Source: Penicillus capitatus
Lineage: Eukaryota > Plantae > Chlorophyta
Assembly (NCBI GenBank): GCA_965649825.1
Contig: OZ287694.1
Coordinates: 2,263,313 to 2,327,312, forward strand
Direction of reading: 5' to 3'
DNA length: 64,000 nt
The translations under genes and the position numbers were made by a program. Positions 36,072 through 48,509 of the stretch are shown in pieces. The notes below the pieces were generated by a model, which saw nothing but the letters and a program-made list of their open reading frames with translations, did not search any database and had not been told where the DNA came from. Every line of letters begins with the position of its first letter. The first letter of the stretch is position 1.

Positions 36072-37283
36072 ATGAACTTCGCAGCGGCGGCCAAGCGCGA
36101 CAACACGCCTAAGGAGCTGAAGTCCGTTCAGCTGACGGGCCTCGCCGCGGTCAAAATTCAGAAGCACTGCAACGACAGTCTGCCCAGTCTCGTCACCGGA
36201 CAGCTTCTCGGTCTCGACGTGGGCACGACGCTCGAAGTCACCGACTGCTTTCCCTTTCCCGTACACCAGTCCAAGCCAGCCCACTGCCCGACCGTCGTTT
36301 CCGCAGAGCATTGGGGCGGAGGATGAGAGCGGCGCGCCGGAAACGGCCAATTACCAGCTCGAGATGATGCGTTGTTTGCGGGAGGTGAACGTGGACAACA
36401 ACACCGTCGGATGGTAGGCGCTGCGAAGCTGCCTGCAAATCCATCACCTTCGCCTGTCTGCCTGTTAGGTACCAGTCCACGAACTTCGGCTCCTTTGAGA
36501 CCATCGAGCTGCTGGACACCTTCGTCAACTACCACGAATCCATCCGCCGATGCGTCTGCGTCGTCTACGATCCACAGGCCGCCAGATCTGGACAGCTGGG
36601 TACCCAGTGGCGCACCCACGGTCGATCAAAAGGATCTATCTCGTTTGTGTGACAGGACTGAGGGCCATTCGACTGCGCGAGGCCTTCATTGAGATGTACA
36701 AATCGACGGAGCATCTGACGGCCGAGAAGCTGAAGATGCAAGGACTGACGTGGAACTCGATCTTCGTCGAGATTCCCATCTGCGTTCAGAACTCCACCCT
36801 CGTCCAGTCGTTCATGCTGGGCCTCGATCGCTCGGGGGCCATGAAGCGCGATGACCTCAATCGCCTCAACCTGGATGTCACGCACTTCATCGACCAGTCG
36901 CTGTCGTTCCTCGGCGAATGCGTCGACGACCTCATGCAGGAGCAGAAGAAGGTGCCTTCTGCCGATCGGACGGCCGGAGTGTGGGATCCGGGTCCTGTCT
37001 GTAGATGACCGCCTATCACAAGAGCGTGGTCAAACAGCAGCAGCAGTATCAGCAGTGGCTTCAGCAGAGACGCGCGGAGAATGCACAGCGACGGGCTGCG
37101 GGCGAGGATCCGCTTCCGGAAGAGGATCCCAATCTCTTCAAGCAACTGGTGGAACCGAGTCCAATCGATGCCTGTCTCATCACGCATCAAATGAGCAACT
37201 ACGCGGACCAGGTTTGCGAGGCGACGGGGCTGAACATGGAGAAGCTCCATCTGTCCGACGGCCTCCAGAAGACGAAGATCTAA
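36072..37283 (+). CDS. eIF3h: Translation initiation factor 3 subunit H (multi-exon)
   Basis: KIQKHC...VTGQLLGLDV...LEVTDCFPFP, MMRCLREVNVDNNTVGWYQS, EEDPNLFK...MSNYADQV; canonical 46-55-nt introns. Confidence 0.95.
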
Positions 37284-37436
37284 CACGGGTAATATTAAAC
37301 AAACAAGCGTACATACAACCACAGAGAGCAAGCAGCTACACGACAGAGACCGAGAATGCACAAGAATAAGTGACAGCGACGTGACTGTCGAAGAGAGAGA
37401 AGCACGGAATGTCGGAACGCAAGTAATTCCGTGCGG

Positions 37437-38909
37437 CTACTCCATTTCTAGGAAGTTAAGATAACGCTTCTGAGTACACGGACCTCCTGTAAAGCGTCGT
37501 GCGATGAAAAGAGTGAAAAGTGTGACCGTCGTACCTTTGACGGGGTCGAACTCGACTTGATAGAAAGAGCCCTTCTGGTTGAGGACGTAGACAGAGTTGG
37601 GAGACTGGCCAAAGGCAACGACCGACCAGCAGTCCTCCGGGACGCGAAACTGGGCGAGAGACCACTCCGATTGGAAGTAGTTTGGCAGAGGGACGATTCC
37701 CTGCAACGGCAACGTCACATCACGCGCGATCGCTTATGGACAGCTTCCTCACTCGGACGTACGACAGCATCGAGGACATCGTCTGCGTGACAGCGTGATT
37801 GTTGGGCGCCTCTTCCTCGTCGCTCCGCTGATGGGACGTCGTGAAACAGCGCAGCGGGAAGATGTGCACCGTCCCTGTGTGTGACATGAGAGTGAGATCG
37901 GAGGCAACGCATGCGAGGCTGTGCCTCTGTCGCTGGAGACGGCCAGGTAGTCGCAGCTCCTCGATATGGCGATGCTAAAGATGATGGCGGTGTCCAGCCC
38001 CCGTCGGACTTCTTGGAGAATGTTCGTCGTCGCGGTGTTCCACACGCGAATTAGCGTTCCCCGTTCGGAAGCGGTGGCCAGGATGCGTCCGTCCAACGAG
38101 AGCTCCAGACAGGAGACCGCCGAATCGTGCGCACTGATGAACCGCGTTGCCGCCCGATCGTACAGCTCCACGCGCACCTGCACACGATCTCATCTTTTCT
38201 GGCGCTTTTCCAACGTCTTGGTCACTTTTCCGGATTGAAGACCGGGACAGGCCAGGACGGTGGCATCTGGGTGACACGACAAGGCGACGAGACCTGGGGA
38301 AGAGTGACGGTGCGGGCACGAGCGAGAGCGTGTGACCTCGGCTGTTGGGTGCCGTCTCGATGGTGTGCAGAAGATTCAGATCGGCGAAGTTGTAGACAGA
38401 GACTTTGGACTCTTGACAGACGACGATTCGATCTCGGCGTAGTCGCACGGAGCGCACCTTCAGACGTCACATCCCGCTGGGATCACTCGCAGCTCTGGGA
38501 GTGCACTCCGACGCACCTGGGTTCTGAAGCTCAATTCCGCAATGCACTTCCTCTGGTCGTCATCCCAAATCATCACCTGTCGCCTCAGAGAGTGAGAAGG
38601 AGTGAGAAACTGGATGTTGGTACGTTCGTGGGCGGAAAACGAGGCGTCACGCCCCCTCCCGAGAGTGCAAGGATGTTGCAGCGAAACAGCATCTGGACGA
38701 GGCCGACGCCGCCCGTCTCAAAGTCGCGGCGAAACTACACAGTATGATGTGACGTGTCCTCGAAGGCCACAGCCGGGCAGCACCAGTCTCTTGAAAGGTT
38801 CGCAGGAGAAGATTCGGAAGCCGCCGTTCGTGCCGCAGGCGAAGCACGAGGCATCTTGATTGAAGCCAAAGTCGAGTAGGGTGTCGTCGACGTCCTGAAA
38901 CGCCTCCAT
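37437..38909 (-). CDS. ATG18: PROPPIN autophagy protein (ATG18a/WIPI3-like, multi-exon)
   Basis: [56 protein letters not shown] lipid-binding motif, [14 protein letters not shown]. Confidence 0.93.
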
Positions 38910-39020
38910 TACGAGAACGACGCGCTGGCGACGCGGGTCGCTCGAACGTGGCAACGAGAATATCCGACGACGATGTGACTGTTCACATCATTCATTGTAC
39001 GAATCGACAATGACGGCACC

Positions 39021-40590
39021 TCACAGCCGCTTTTCGCTGGAGAGTCCGCTCAGCAGCTTCCCTTGACGATCAACAACGTAATGGTTAGGCAATGGAATGC
39101 AGAGGTTGGCACAGAGCTCGGGGAGATGCACCACGTTGCCTCCCTAAAGGGCACAGAATGGGAACAGGGAACGAGGAGCGAGATGATCGGACAGCGACAT
39201 GGAAGTGCGACGTGAAGGCGTAGATCTACAGAGCCACGATGTGACAGAAGAGAGAAGAATGCGTGAGACTCTGCCTTGAGCGAAGTCTGGGCGTCGGGCG
39301 GCAGCTGTCGGTAGCGTTGCATGATGGCACTCCCCGCGAAGTTCCCCTTCGCCTTCTCGCAATCATCCCAGATCTAGAGAAGACCGTCTCCGTCTAGATC
39401 TCGCACTTTACGGAGAGACCATCAGGCGAAATTGTGCGAGATTCAATTCGCCTCTGTGCAACATGCTCTCGATCATGCCGGGAGTGGCGATGACGACGTT
39501 TGCTCTGAGAGGGATGGACACGCCACGGCTGCGCTTCTCCTGCGATCCCCCTTTGCCCACGAGCAGTTCTGTCCTCAAACGGTCCAGATTGAAACGACAC
39601 TGGACGATTCCGAGCACGGTGACGAGTTCCGTGGCCTGCTCTCTGGTCGAGGTCACGATCACGGCCGTTGTCGGCTCAACATCCAGGAGCAACCTGGAAA
39701 TCGACGCCTCGTCGAGAAAAGAGTGAGAAACAGTGTCCCGCAGACTTGATCATCTCGAAGTAGGTGGCGACCTTCTCTGTCCTCGGCAGTCGAAACAGCC
39801 AGTTCTCGCCGTTTGTGATCTTTTCGAGGATGGTCTCCTGATGTGGCGTCTCGATGAGGGAACGCCGCTGCTGCAGATCGCGCAGAAGCTGCCCAGGAGG
39901 CGAGGGAGGCGGTAGCGAAGCCGCACGAAATGCATCTTTCACTTTCTGGAGGCCGAATCTCTCGACCATCCGTCTCAACGAACTCTCGGCGTTTTCAGCA
40001 GAGAAGAGCACAGAAATGGCCTTCTTCCGCTCGCTTTCTTCGCACGACAGCTTTGCAGCATCTCTCTTGCGCATCTCGAAGAACGGATTCGCCGGCGCTG
40101 TCTTCTTCGGCACCGACTGAGGCAAAGGACGAAACGCGGTGCCTGATGGTTCGAGTCCCGCCCGCCGAGCCTCGTGCAGATTTGGAGGGAGCACTGGATG
40201 GCTGGGACGCTGCCTGAACGACGGCACGGAGCTGCCAGAGCTGTTCCTCGAAGAGCGAGATGCCACATGAAACGATCGTGGCGGCGGCAGGTCTGCGATC
40301 TCGTGGAAACGCACTTGATACACCGCACGTGATCGATCCACACAGAAGACGGTGGATCCCTCGGCACCGGTCACGCTCGTCTCACTCCTTGAATAAATCA
40401 GACCTGCAAAGGGGGTGAGGAGGCGGCCAGAATGAGGGCGAGCACCTTTGACGTTGAGTTTTCGGGGCGCGGCAGTGCAGAACCCGTTCTCGGTAGAGCG
40501 CCGGACGACGACATGACCGTCGATCTCGTCGTGAACGCCGCGGATCTGCACCACATGGTCGCAGGGAGGAGGCGTGGACGACGGCTTCAT
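39021..40590 (-). CDS. Stand-alone Dicer/RIG-I-type helicase domain 1 with degenerate ATPase motifs, fused to an unknown N-terminus (multi-exon)
   Basis: TPHQETILE (Q-like), LPRTEKV (motif I position), STREQA (Ia), VVIATPG (Ib), IWDDCEKAKGNFAGSAIM (motif II region), IYAFTS (III), ELCANL; then stop. Confidence 0.6.
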
Positions 40591-40711
40591 GTCGAAGACG
40601 ATGTCAGATCCCAGCTGCTGAACGCGCGTGATGGCAAAGGACGACCTGGCCGTCGTCACCGGGACAATTCTCCTCGCACGTGCAATGCGGTACTAACCCA
40701 GACACGTGACC

Positions 40712-41173
40712 TCACGTCACATCATTTAATGTGTGACATCTCTGTACCTTGGCAACGGCGCTGCGACCGAGCTGGCGCGTGACGTTTGTTCTGTTTTGAC
40801 AGATACGCGCCGCGACGTCGACCACAGGCGGCAGCCAGGCAGACGGCCCGAGATACTGCTCTCGTACCGTCGGGTCGACCAGTACGTTTCGCAACGCCGG
40901 TACGCCGTCGGGATGCGTCTGCTCGACGAAGACGAGCCCGCATCTCTCGCGATTCCACTCACGAAGGCGGTGCAGCGTATCCGTCACAATCACCAGCTTC
41001 TCGTTGACGTCCTGCCCCGTCGAGCGATAAGCGTAGACGGGACCCCGCGGCCCGTCGTCCTCCCAGTCAGTCGACGGACAGAGCGTCTCGGCGCCGGACA
41101 TCAACAGCGCCTCGAACTCGGCCGGCGTCAGCCATCGCTTGTCAACTGCTTGACGATTCGGCAGCGACGCCAT
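40712..41173 (-). CDS. Small protein with a truncated CG-1 (CAMTA DNA-binding)-like domain, 153 aa
   Basis: KRWLTPAEFEALL, NEKLVIVTDTLH, RERC and GLVFVE align by eye with CG-1 RWLRPAEI, HEKLKVGSIDVLH, QRRC and HIVFVH. Confidence 0.5.
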   Translation of the reverse strand: MASLPNRQAVDKRWLTPAEFEALLMSGAETLCPSTDWEDDGPRGPVYAYRSTGQDVNEKLVIVTDTLHRLREWNRERCGLVFVEQTHPDGVPALRNVLVDPTVREQYLGPSAWLPPVVDVAARICQNRTNVTRQLGRSAVAKVQRCHTLNDVT

Positions 41174-41207
41174 GGGGACGAATGACAGCGACAAGCGGAG
41201 GGCGTGA

Positions 41208-42119
41208 TTACAGATGTGACTTGTGTCTGGCCTTCTGGGCCATGCGACGTCTCTTGCCCACACGACCACTCGAAAACGCCCGCATGTCGCCGGAACTCTC
41301 GGCGGTGTTGCCCTTCCCTCTGCGGGCCGGACCGAATCCACCGCTCCGTCCGTACTTGGCATCCTTGTACATGCGCTTTTTCGACTTCACCGCAGGCAGC
41401 GTCTTCGCCTTCTTCCGCCTCGGCGTCGCTTCGGCACGGTGCACTTCATCCAGTGCGTGATCCCAGTCGAACTCCTGTCCGAAGCCCATGCGCTGGCGTT
41501 GCGTGCGCAGCTGCTCCACTCGGCGCGTTTTCTCCTTCTTGGTCGTCTGCTTCTCTCGCTGCTTCGCCGCCTGGACCTGCTTGGCGAAGCGTCGAGCATC
41601 GCGCGCCTTTCGTCGCTGATCGGCCAGGGCAATGCGTTTCTGTTCGTACTGCAGCTGATCTTTGATCCGAGCCATGTGCCGATCACTCTTGACCATCTCG
41701 GCGTAGTAGTCTTCCGGACGCAGCCATGAAACACCTTCACGCTCCAGCTCCTTAATCCCGCACTTAGCGGCGGACAACGCCTGCGATGCAAAAGAGTGAG
41801 AAGACGGGAGAGACGCGAAAGCGTCAGTCACACTTGCTGATAGAAACGCAGTTCGCGTTGGAGGTCGTCGTCGACGTCCTGCACGTCGACCGGCTCCGCG
41901 CTCGTCACCTCCAGCGTCGCCCCGAACCCACCGTCGCTTGTCCATGCAAACTCCGCCAATTTCTCCTCCAGTCCTTCAGCGTCGTTGACGAACGACTCGG
42001 GCGCGTTCGGCGCTTCCCTCTCCTGCACCGGTCCACTCGGCGATGCGTTGTTTTGGCATCGGGCGTACGATCTCGAAAACCGCGTCCTCTTCGTCGCTCG
42101 AGTCGAGGTACGTCGCCAT
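41208..42119 (-). CDS. EBP2: rRNA-processing protein EBP2 (one intron)
   Basis: DDDLQRELRFYQQ, RPEDYYAEMVKSDRHMARIKDQL, ARRFAKQVQ, KDAKYG. Confidence 0.95.
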
Positions 42120-42178
42120 GGCGGCACGAGGCTTTGTGTTGTACGACAGAGACGTAAGGCAGACGGCTTCGAGCGACC

Positions 42179-43096
42179 ATGGCTGCGCGCCGCTACGACT
42201 CACGCACGACGATCTTCAGCCCGGAGGGGCGTCTCTACCAGGTCGAGTACGCCATGGAGGCCATATCCAATGCCGGCGCCGCGATCGGCGTCCTCGCGAC
42301 GAACGGCATCGTCCTCGCTTCGGAGAAGAAAATATCGTCCAAGGTCGAAACGCCGCCCGCGTCTCACACCTCAGAATTTGTGTGACCTCTGGAGCTAGCT
42401 GCTCGACACGACGGCGGTCGGGGTTCGGCGCGAGAAGATGTATCAGTTGGACGACCACATCGCCTGTGCGGTGGCCGGGATCACGGCCGATGCCAACATC
42501 ATCACCAACCAATGCCGCATCGCCGCACAGCGCTACCTCTACGCCTACCAGGAGCCGATGCCGATCGAACAGCTCGTCCGAACCATCTGCGACACCAAAC
42601 AGGCCTACACGCAATTCGGCGGACAGCGTCCCTTTGGCGTTTCCATCCTCTACGCCGGCTGGTACTCTCCTCTGGACACATGGCTGTGCGATGTGACGTT
42701 TGGTGTGCGAGGGATGATGTGTACGGGTATCAGATGTACGTCAGCGACCCTTCGGGAAACTACAGTGGGTGGAAGGCAACGGCCATCGGCGCCAATCACC
42801 AGGCCGCGACGAACATCCTGAAACAGGACTACAAGGACAAGATGACGCTGGACGAGGCCGTCGCTCTGGCCATTCGCGTCCTCAGCAAGAGCATGGACTC
42901 CTCTCTGTCGCCCGAGAAAGTGGAGATGTGCACGCTGGCTCGCAACGACGATACCGGCAAGGTCACGCGCACAGTCTCGCACTTTCTCCAGTAACGACGG
43001 CGCTCATGTCTCCAGATCGTCTACAAGGTTTACGAGGCAGATGAACTCATGCCTTTGCTCGAGGCGGCCAACAAAGAGAAGGAAGACACCTCATAA
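42179..43096 (+). CDS. PAC1: 20S proteasome subunit alpha type 4 (alpha3/PAC1), multi-exon
   Basis: [63 protein letters not shown]. Confidence 0.97.
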
Positions 43097-43307
43097 GCAA
43101 AGCGATTGCACCACATTTGCATTGACATTAACACTTGATCTTTTCTACGTATCTCCTTTGTTGCTCTCCTGAGGTTACATCGATGTTGCGCCCGAATTCC
43201 AAAAGTGTGCCAGACAATTGAAACTATAGTGTTGAGCTTATACACTTTCACGAAAGAATCCAAATGAGACTCCCAAATCTTCATAGAAGACCTTTCTTGA
43301 GCATTGA

Positions 43308-45307
43308 TCAGTCATCATCGTCCGAGTTGTAGATATCGAAGAGCCACACGGCAACGACGTTGTAGACGGCATACAGAATGTAGATCCCGATGAAAAGATA
43401 GCCTTCCACGGGGAAGAGCCTCCAGTTGGTGAGGAAGACCGACACCAGATAGAAGACGAGGACGCCGAAGAGTATGAGCACGTTGGGCAGCAGCTCGTCG
43501 TTCTCGACGGTGATGTACTTGCCATACCCATCACTGCCGTCCTCCTTGAAAGGAATGACCAGGAGCCAGGGCAGTCCCAGTCCCAACCAGATGTCGAATA
43601 CGTTGCTGCCGACGGCATTGGCGACAGCCATGTCTCCGTCTCCCTGTCTTGCGACGACGATGGATGACAGTGCGTCGGGGATGGAGGTGCCAGCAGCGAG
43701 GACCGTCACACCCATGATGGCCGAAGGAATGCCGAGGACGCAGCCGATGTCGGCCGTCCACTCCACCATGAACCACGAGATCACGCCGATCCATGCGATG
43801 GATGTTATGAACGTCAGCATGTACCAAGTCCGAAATCGAGGCTGTTCGATGCGTACATGACAGCTTCTCAGCAGCTTCCCACAAAAGTGTGATCTCTTAC
43901 TTTCTTGCAGTCTGGAATGGTAATGAAGAAGAGTGCGTACCATATGAGAGACACCGCCCACAGTATTCTTTCGAAGCCTCCCTTCGGAGGTGAGAAAACG
44001 GACGCGTCTTCGTCACTGTCTTTTTGCACAACATCTGCGCTTCCCCGTTGCGAATCCAGTGCTGTCGTAGCGGCACTTGTTGCGACAGTTGAAGAAGCTG
44101 GCATATCAATGTTATACTGGCGATCTCTCGGAGACTCCCTCACCGTTCTCTAAACGCACACAGCACATCTATGAGTCATCGGCAGAACGCAGCGGGAAAG
44201 CAAGACATCGGAACTTTGACGCCTTGGCGAGATCAGTCCATTTGTCGAGTTCTGCCAAACACAGTTATCGAAAAAAGAGTAAAAAGAGTGACCATACCTG
44301 ATCCGAACTGGAAACCTGAGCAGTCCACACCCTGCGGAGGGAAATAGCTTTTAACAAACGAAGCATAGATGCAGAGATGACCATGCCTGTTATGAGTCCT
44401 CGCCGAAAGGAACTCCATGAGCTTCGAGTTGTATTTCATCGTGATGATGTACACCCCATACAGCAGCACCGATATCAGTCCTTCCCACCTAGATCGTAGC
44501 CCCTTCGGCAGATGCCGCGGCAGGTCGCGTCATTTCGACCAGTGGACTTTGCCGTCTTGAAAAATGGCGATCACACCCCCGATCGCCGCCGCGTAGAAGA
44601 TGGCGTCTCGCACCAGAGGTCGGCAATCGAGAGTCAGTGTCTGTCCCGAGAACAGGGCTGTCACGCCGATGATAACGAGGATGTTGAACACGGCCGATCC
44701 GACAATGGTCCCCACGCCAATGTCGTTCGCAGCGGCGTCATTGGTGATGGCCACGAATGCCGAAAAGAGCTCCGGCGCAGAGGAGCCGGCTGCCATGAAC
44801 GTTGCCCCCGCCACGTCGCTGGACAGTCCCAGTCTTTTCGAAATCAAATCGAGGGACTCCACGAAGTACTCATCGCAGACGATGGCAATGCCCAAGAAGA
44901 GATAGAGCACTCCAACGAAAAGCAATGCGATTCCACCTGTCACATCAAGAGAAGACGGCTGAGCATGCATGGATGCATGTGTAGACGTCATGTCACCGTT
45001 CTCGATCCATTCGGGGGAAGAAGAGCATTCAGATGATGTCAGGAGTTTCCGCGTCAGCCACGGCATGCCTAAAACAGCAGGGGCGATGGCATGACGTGAC
45101 TTTCTGTGTTGGCGTGCCGGCTGTGCGAGGGAAGACGGTGCTCAGGGCGAAAGTCCATGCCAAGATGCCGATGGATGTCCAGAGGAAGATCTTCCGTTTG
45201 ACACGTCGCCTGAGGACACAGCACCGTCCGATACGATATCGTTCCGTCGACGAACACCGCAAAGCATGCGTTGCTTCGCAGCGCGTGTTAATTCGCATGG
45301 TCGCCAT
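43308..45307 (-). CDS. K+-dependent Na+/Ca2+ exchanger (NCKX family), multi-exon
   Basis: alpha-1 repeat IVCDEYF...DVAGATFMAAGSSAPELF...GTIVGSAVFN; alpha-2 repeat GVTVLAAGTSIPD...GDMAVANAVGSNVFD. Confidence 0.93.
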
Positions 45308-45477
45308 TAACGCAACACGCAGCGCGTCTGGATCGTGAGACGGTGCGAAAAGACGTGGAGCGCGCGGACCTGAAAGAAAGTGCCGTCGACGGCGTTCTTT
45401 GCATATCGATGTCTTGTGCCGTAATTGTCATGGACGACGTCGAATGGATCACTGCAGTCGGTCTTTAAGGTCTGTAG

Positions 45478-46540
45478 ATTACAACGCATCTCGACGCTCT
45501 TCGATCATTTCGACGCTGTCGGCCTCCATGACGACATCCTCTTCCACTGATAACACATCCGTCAGTGTCGGTTTGGCATTTTCGACGCGATCGCAGACGA
45601 TCAGGCGCGTCGTCTCCTGCGAACGCGATGGCGTGGATTTGGATGGAGACGAGAGCGAAGAGATTGACTCACTTGTGTCTTGAACGCCGGAGGTTAAGAG
45701 AGGAGATGCGATTTGACGTTCGCGGTGCAGTGACAGGTCGAGTCTTCGGCGATGGACGCCAGGAGACTGGCACTCAACTCTCTCTGCTCCTTACAGACGA
45801 AACGAACCTTATAGACAACGAAGAGATGGTGGCTGTGTCGAGGGAATACGTGTGACGTCTGGCGTGCGTATTTCGTCGCATCTGTCGCTTTTTGTATACA
45901 GCTGTCGCATGTACTCAATCCTCTTGCCCTTGCGATGTCTTCCTGAGAGCAGAGAAGGTGGTTTGGCGGGTGGAGTGCCACTCGGCAGGTTAGTTGGTTG
46001 ACCTTACTTGGATCCCGTCGTCGGGTTCCTGGGTGGGATGGAGAATCCGAGTGCGTCATCGCCTTCGTTGACTCCTCTTCATCGCCCTGGTATTGACGCA
46101 CGAGACGGCCGAAACAGAACTTGTACGTCTGCCAAAGCTCAACGCGCTTGAAACAGGCCGAATCTGTGGGTGGCGGCACAATGGCAGACGTGATGACTGT
46201 TATCATCCATCCGCTTCATCCACCGCCACGCCGAGCGGAGCCACGAAGTCGAAGTGTCTCTTCTGTGCCGATCCAGTCGTCTGAGCGAGATGCGTTAGAG
46301 AAAGAGTGAGATTGTTATCGAGTCGTACGTGCATTGGTGTGACTGTTTCGGTGGAAGGACGTTCGGGTATGCCGCAGGAATGGACATTGCCTTTTGAAGA
46401 TGTCCACAGACGACGCGTTGAGATGACGTCTTTGGAACGAAGTCACGCTGAGAGTTAGGTAGGTCTCCGTTTCCGGTTCTGCCGACGTCATATCGACGAT
46501 GTCGTTTTGAAGGCATCGTGCGCGAAGCTCGTGACACCGT
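45478..46540 (-). CDS. Hypothetical spliced gene Y, copy 2 (possibly frameshifted)
   Basis: Homologous to 2586-3130; last exon ETTRLIVCDRVENAKPTLTDVLSVEEDVVMEADSVEMIEERRDAL* follows a GTGAGT..CAG intron; 4-nt indel relative to copy 1. Confidence 0.4.
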
Positions 46541-48355
46541 CTGAGCTCACAAAAGTCATATGACAGTCAAAGATGATGGTCGGCGTGACCTGGAATCATT
46601 GCCACGGAAAGACTGTCGATCTATATGTCTCGCACGTACGAAACACCGCCCAAGTACAAAATAATGAGAACCAACCCATGTATCTACTCTGTGCGCGTCC
46701 ATAAAAACAACCGAATGGTAAACGGGAGCAAACAAGAACTCATGCGAAACATAGAGAATGCCATTACATAACAGTTTTGTTCGATTCATAGGGAACGAAC
46801 TTATGTTAATACAGCGAAAGCGCAGCTTGAGAAACAACCAGTTCGATTTATATGCATCGAACTCATTCGTGTTGATAGAGAAAAACCAAAAGCAACAACG
46901 CTACGACACACACCGAAACGAAAACAAAAGAGCGATGGCGCGGGAAAGAAAGAACCACGTTGTTAAGACACACAAAAAAACAAAAAAAATGCCCGTCGAG
47001 CCACGGCGACCGCGGAACTCTAGGTCAGCAAGCCGGACGCAGTCAAGGAACGAACGCGGCCCGCAGCAATCCTCGTTCCTTTGCCACCTTCGGCCCACGC
47101 TCTCCATTCCTCGCATTCCTTGGACGCCGCTTTGGCCTCACCGCGTATGCGCCATCCTTATTTTCTCCTTCATCGCACAACACCGATAAAAGAGTTAGAT
47201 CGCCAACTCGCTATCCGTCCACGTCTACCCTTGAGATTATCTTCTCTCCTCGCCTGCCCGTCGCGACATAACTCCGCTATCCGACCGTATACCCCCGATA
47301 CAACCTCCGACGAAACCTAATCCGCACGTCAGACCGCTTTAACGGTCACCTATCTTCTTGATTTCTTCTGTGCGCCTTTAGATGAACTTCCCGTGCCACT
47401 ATCGACCTTCCGTTTTGCGTTGCCATCCTTTAACGTCGCCATTCGTTCTTCTCGGGCACGCGTGTTTCGAAGACTGTAACGACGCTTTGCCTCGCTCTCC
47501 CTTTTCAATTCTTCTTTGTACGACAAGCCCTGACTACGGCGTTTAGAACCGCAGCTCACAGATTTCTCCTTCGTTTCGTCTCCATCTTCGTTCGCTTCTG
47601 GTTCCGGCGGCGCCTCAGTGACGACGATCTCTTCTTCTTGTTCCGCTTCAGGCGGCTCCTCAGCGACGACCTCCGTATCCGGTGGCCCCTCCACGACGTC
47701 ATCTTCCGCTTCATCCGCAACCTCGGGTATCTCCATGGCCGCGGCCGCCTCTGCCGCCTCGTTTAAGATGAACTGAACGAAGGCGACTGCTAGTCTGACT
47801 CTATTTTGGTAGACCATTACCGACGGTCCTCTTAACTCTAACCACATGTTCCTTGCGAACATCGCAATCCTTAAGGCCGCCGCTGTGTTGCCAGCGTGTG
47901 CTCCGAAGGTTCTCACCAAAACATTCTTCAAAACTGTCGAGAAGTCGGCCCACGTAACTGCTCCTTGTTCCGCCATACGAATCGGACTAATTTCTCTAGA
48001 AACTAGCGCGACGATATGAAGGAAGCTTAACATCTGCCCGCTTATGAAAAACGGAAATATTTGACATAAATGTCTCGAAAGCGCGTCGTGGACAACTTTG
48101 TATTTTCTTTGGTCGATGACTTCTCGGCTCAAGAAGGTTGTGGTATAGTCTGTCAAAATCCGAGTGACAGAAAGATACGCGCCCATCACGGTTACGTCTC
48201 GCAAAAATCAAGGAAGAAGAACGCCAATAGTTTTCGTATCAAGAAGCTTCCTCAAAAATCACGAAACCCTAATGCGGATTACTAATATATATAGTGTTCA
48301 ACCCTACGGTTAGCTTTCATATCTCGGAGGCGATTGGCTGATGCGACGTCACTGC
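45680..48355 (-). repeat. Dispersed duplicated cassette, copy 2
   Basis: Collinear with 2750-5250; carries extra blocks (~46010-46350 and ~46400-46520) absent from copy 1. Confidence 0.9.
47350..48186 (-). CDS. Orphan protein ORF X, copy 2 (278 aa from MGAYLS)
   Basis: Intact paralog of 3944-4771; shares TWADF, FGAH, FARNM, FVQFIL and a near-identical acidic/basic tail. Confidence 0.75.
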   Translation of the reverse strand: MGAYLSVTRILTDYTTTFLSREVIDQRKYKVVHDALSRHLCQIFPFFISGQMLSFLHIVALVSREISPIRMAEQGAVTWADFSTVLKNVLVRTFGAHAGNTAAALRIAMFARNMWLELRGPSVMVYQNRVRLAVAFVQFILNEAAEAAAAMEIPEVADEAEDDVVEGPPDTEVVAEEPPEAEQEEEIVVTEAPPEPEANEDGDETKEKSVSCGSKRRSQGLSYKEELKRESEAKRRYSLRNTRAREERMATLKDGNAKRKVDSGTGSSSKGAQKKSRR

Positions 48356-48509
48356 GATGCGACGTTAAGGGCCTAATGGACGTTGATTGGCTAATGCTAC
48401 TGTCGCGCAAGTCAACGAAGGACGCGCTAACGACGAAGGTGTATCGTTTACAGAAGACTGTTGTATCGATTAATGTTTGGAATTTGTACGCGTAGACGTA
48501 CACACGCGT

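Noticed and set aside
45850-46000. Gene Y as a second CG-1-like domain (IEYMRQLYTKSD versus VDVLHCYYAHGE)
   Set aside because: Too few matching positions and none of the flanking CG-1 motifs.
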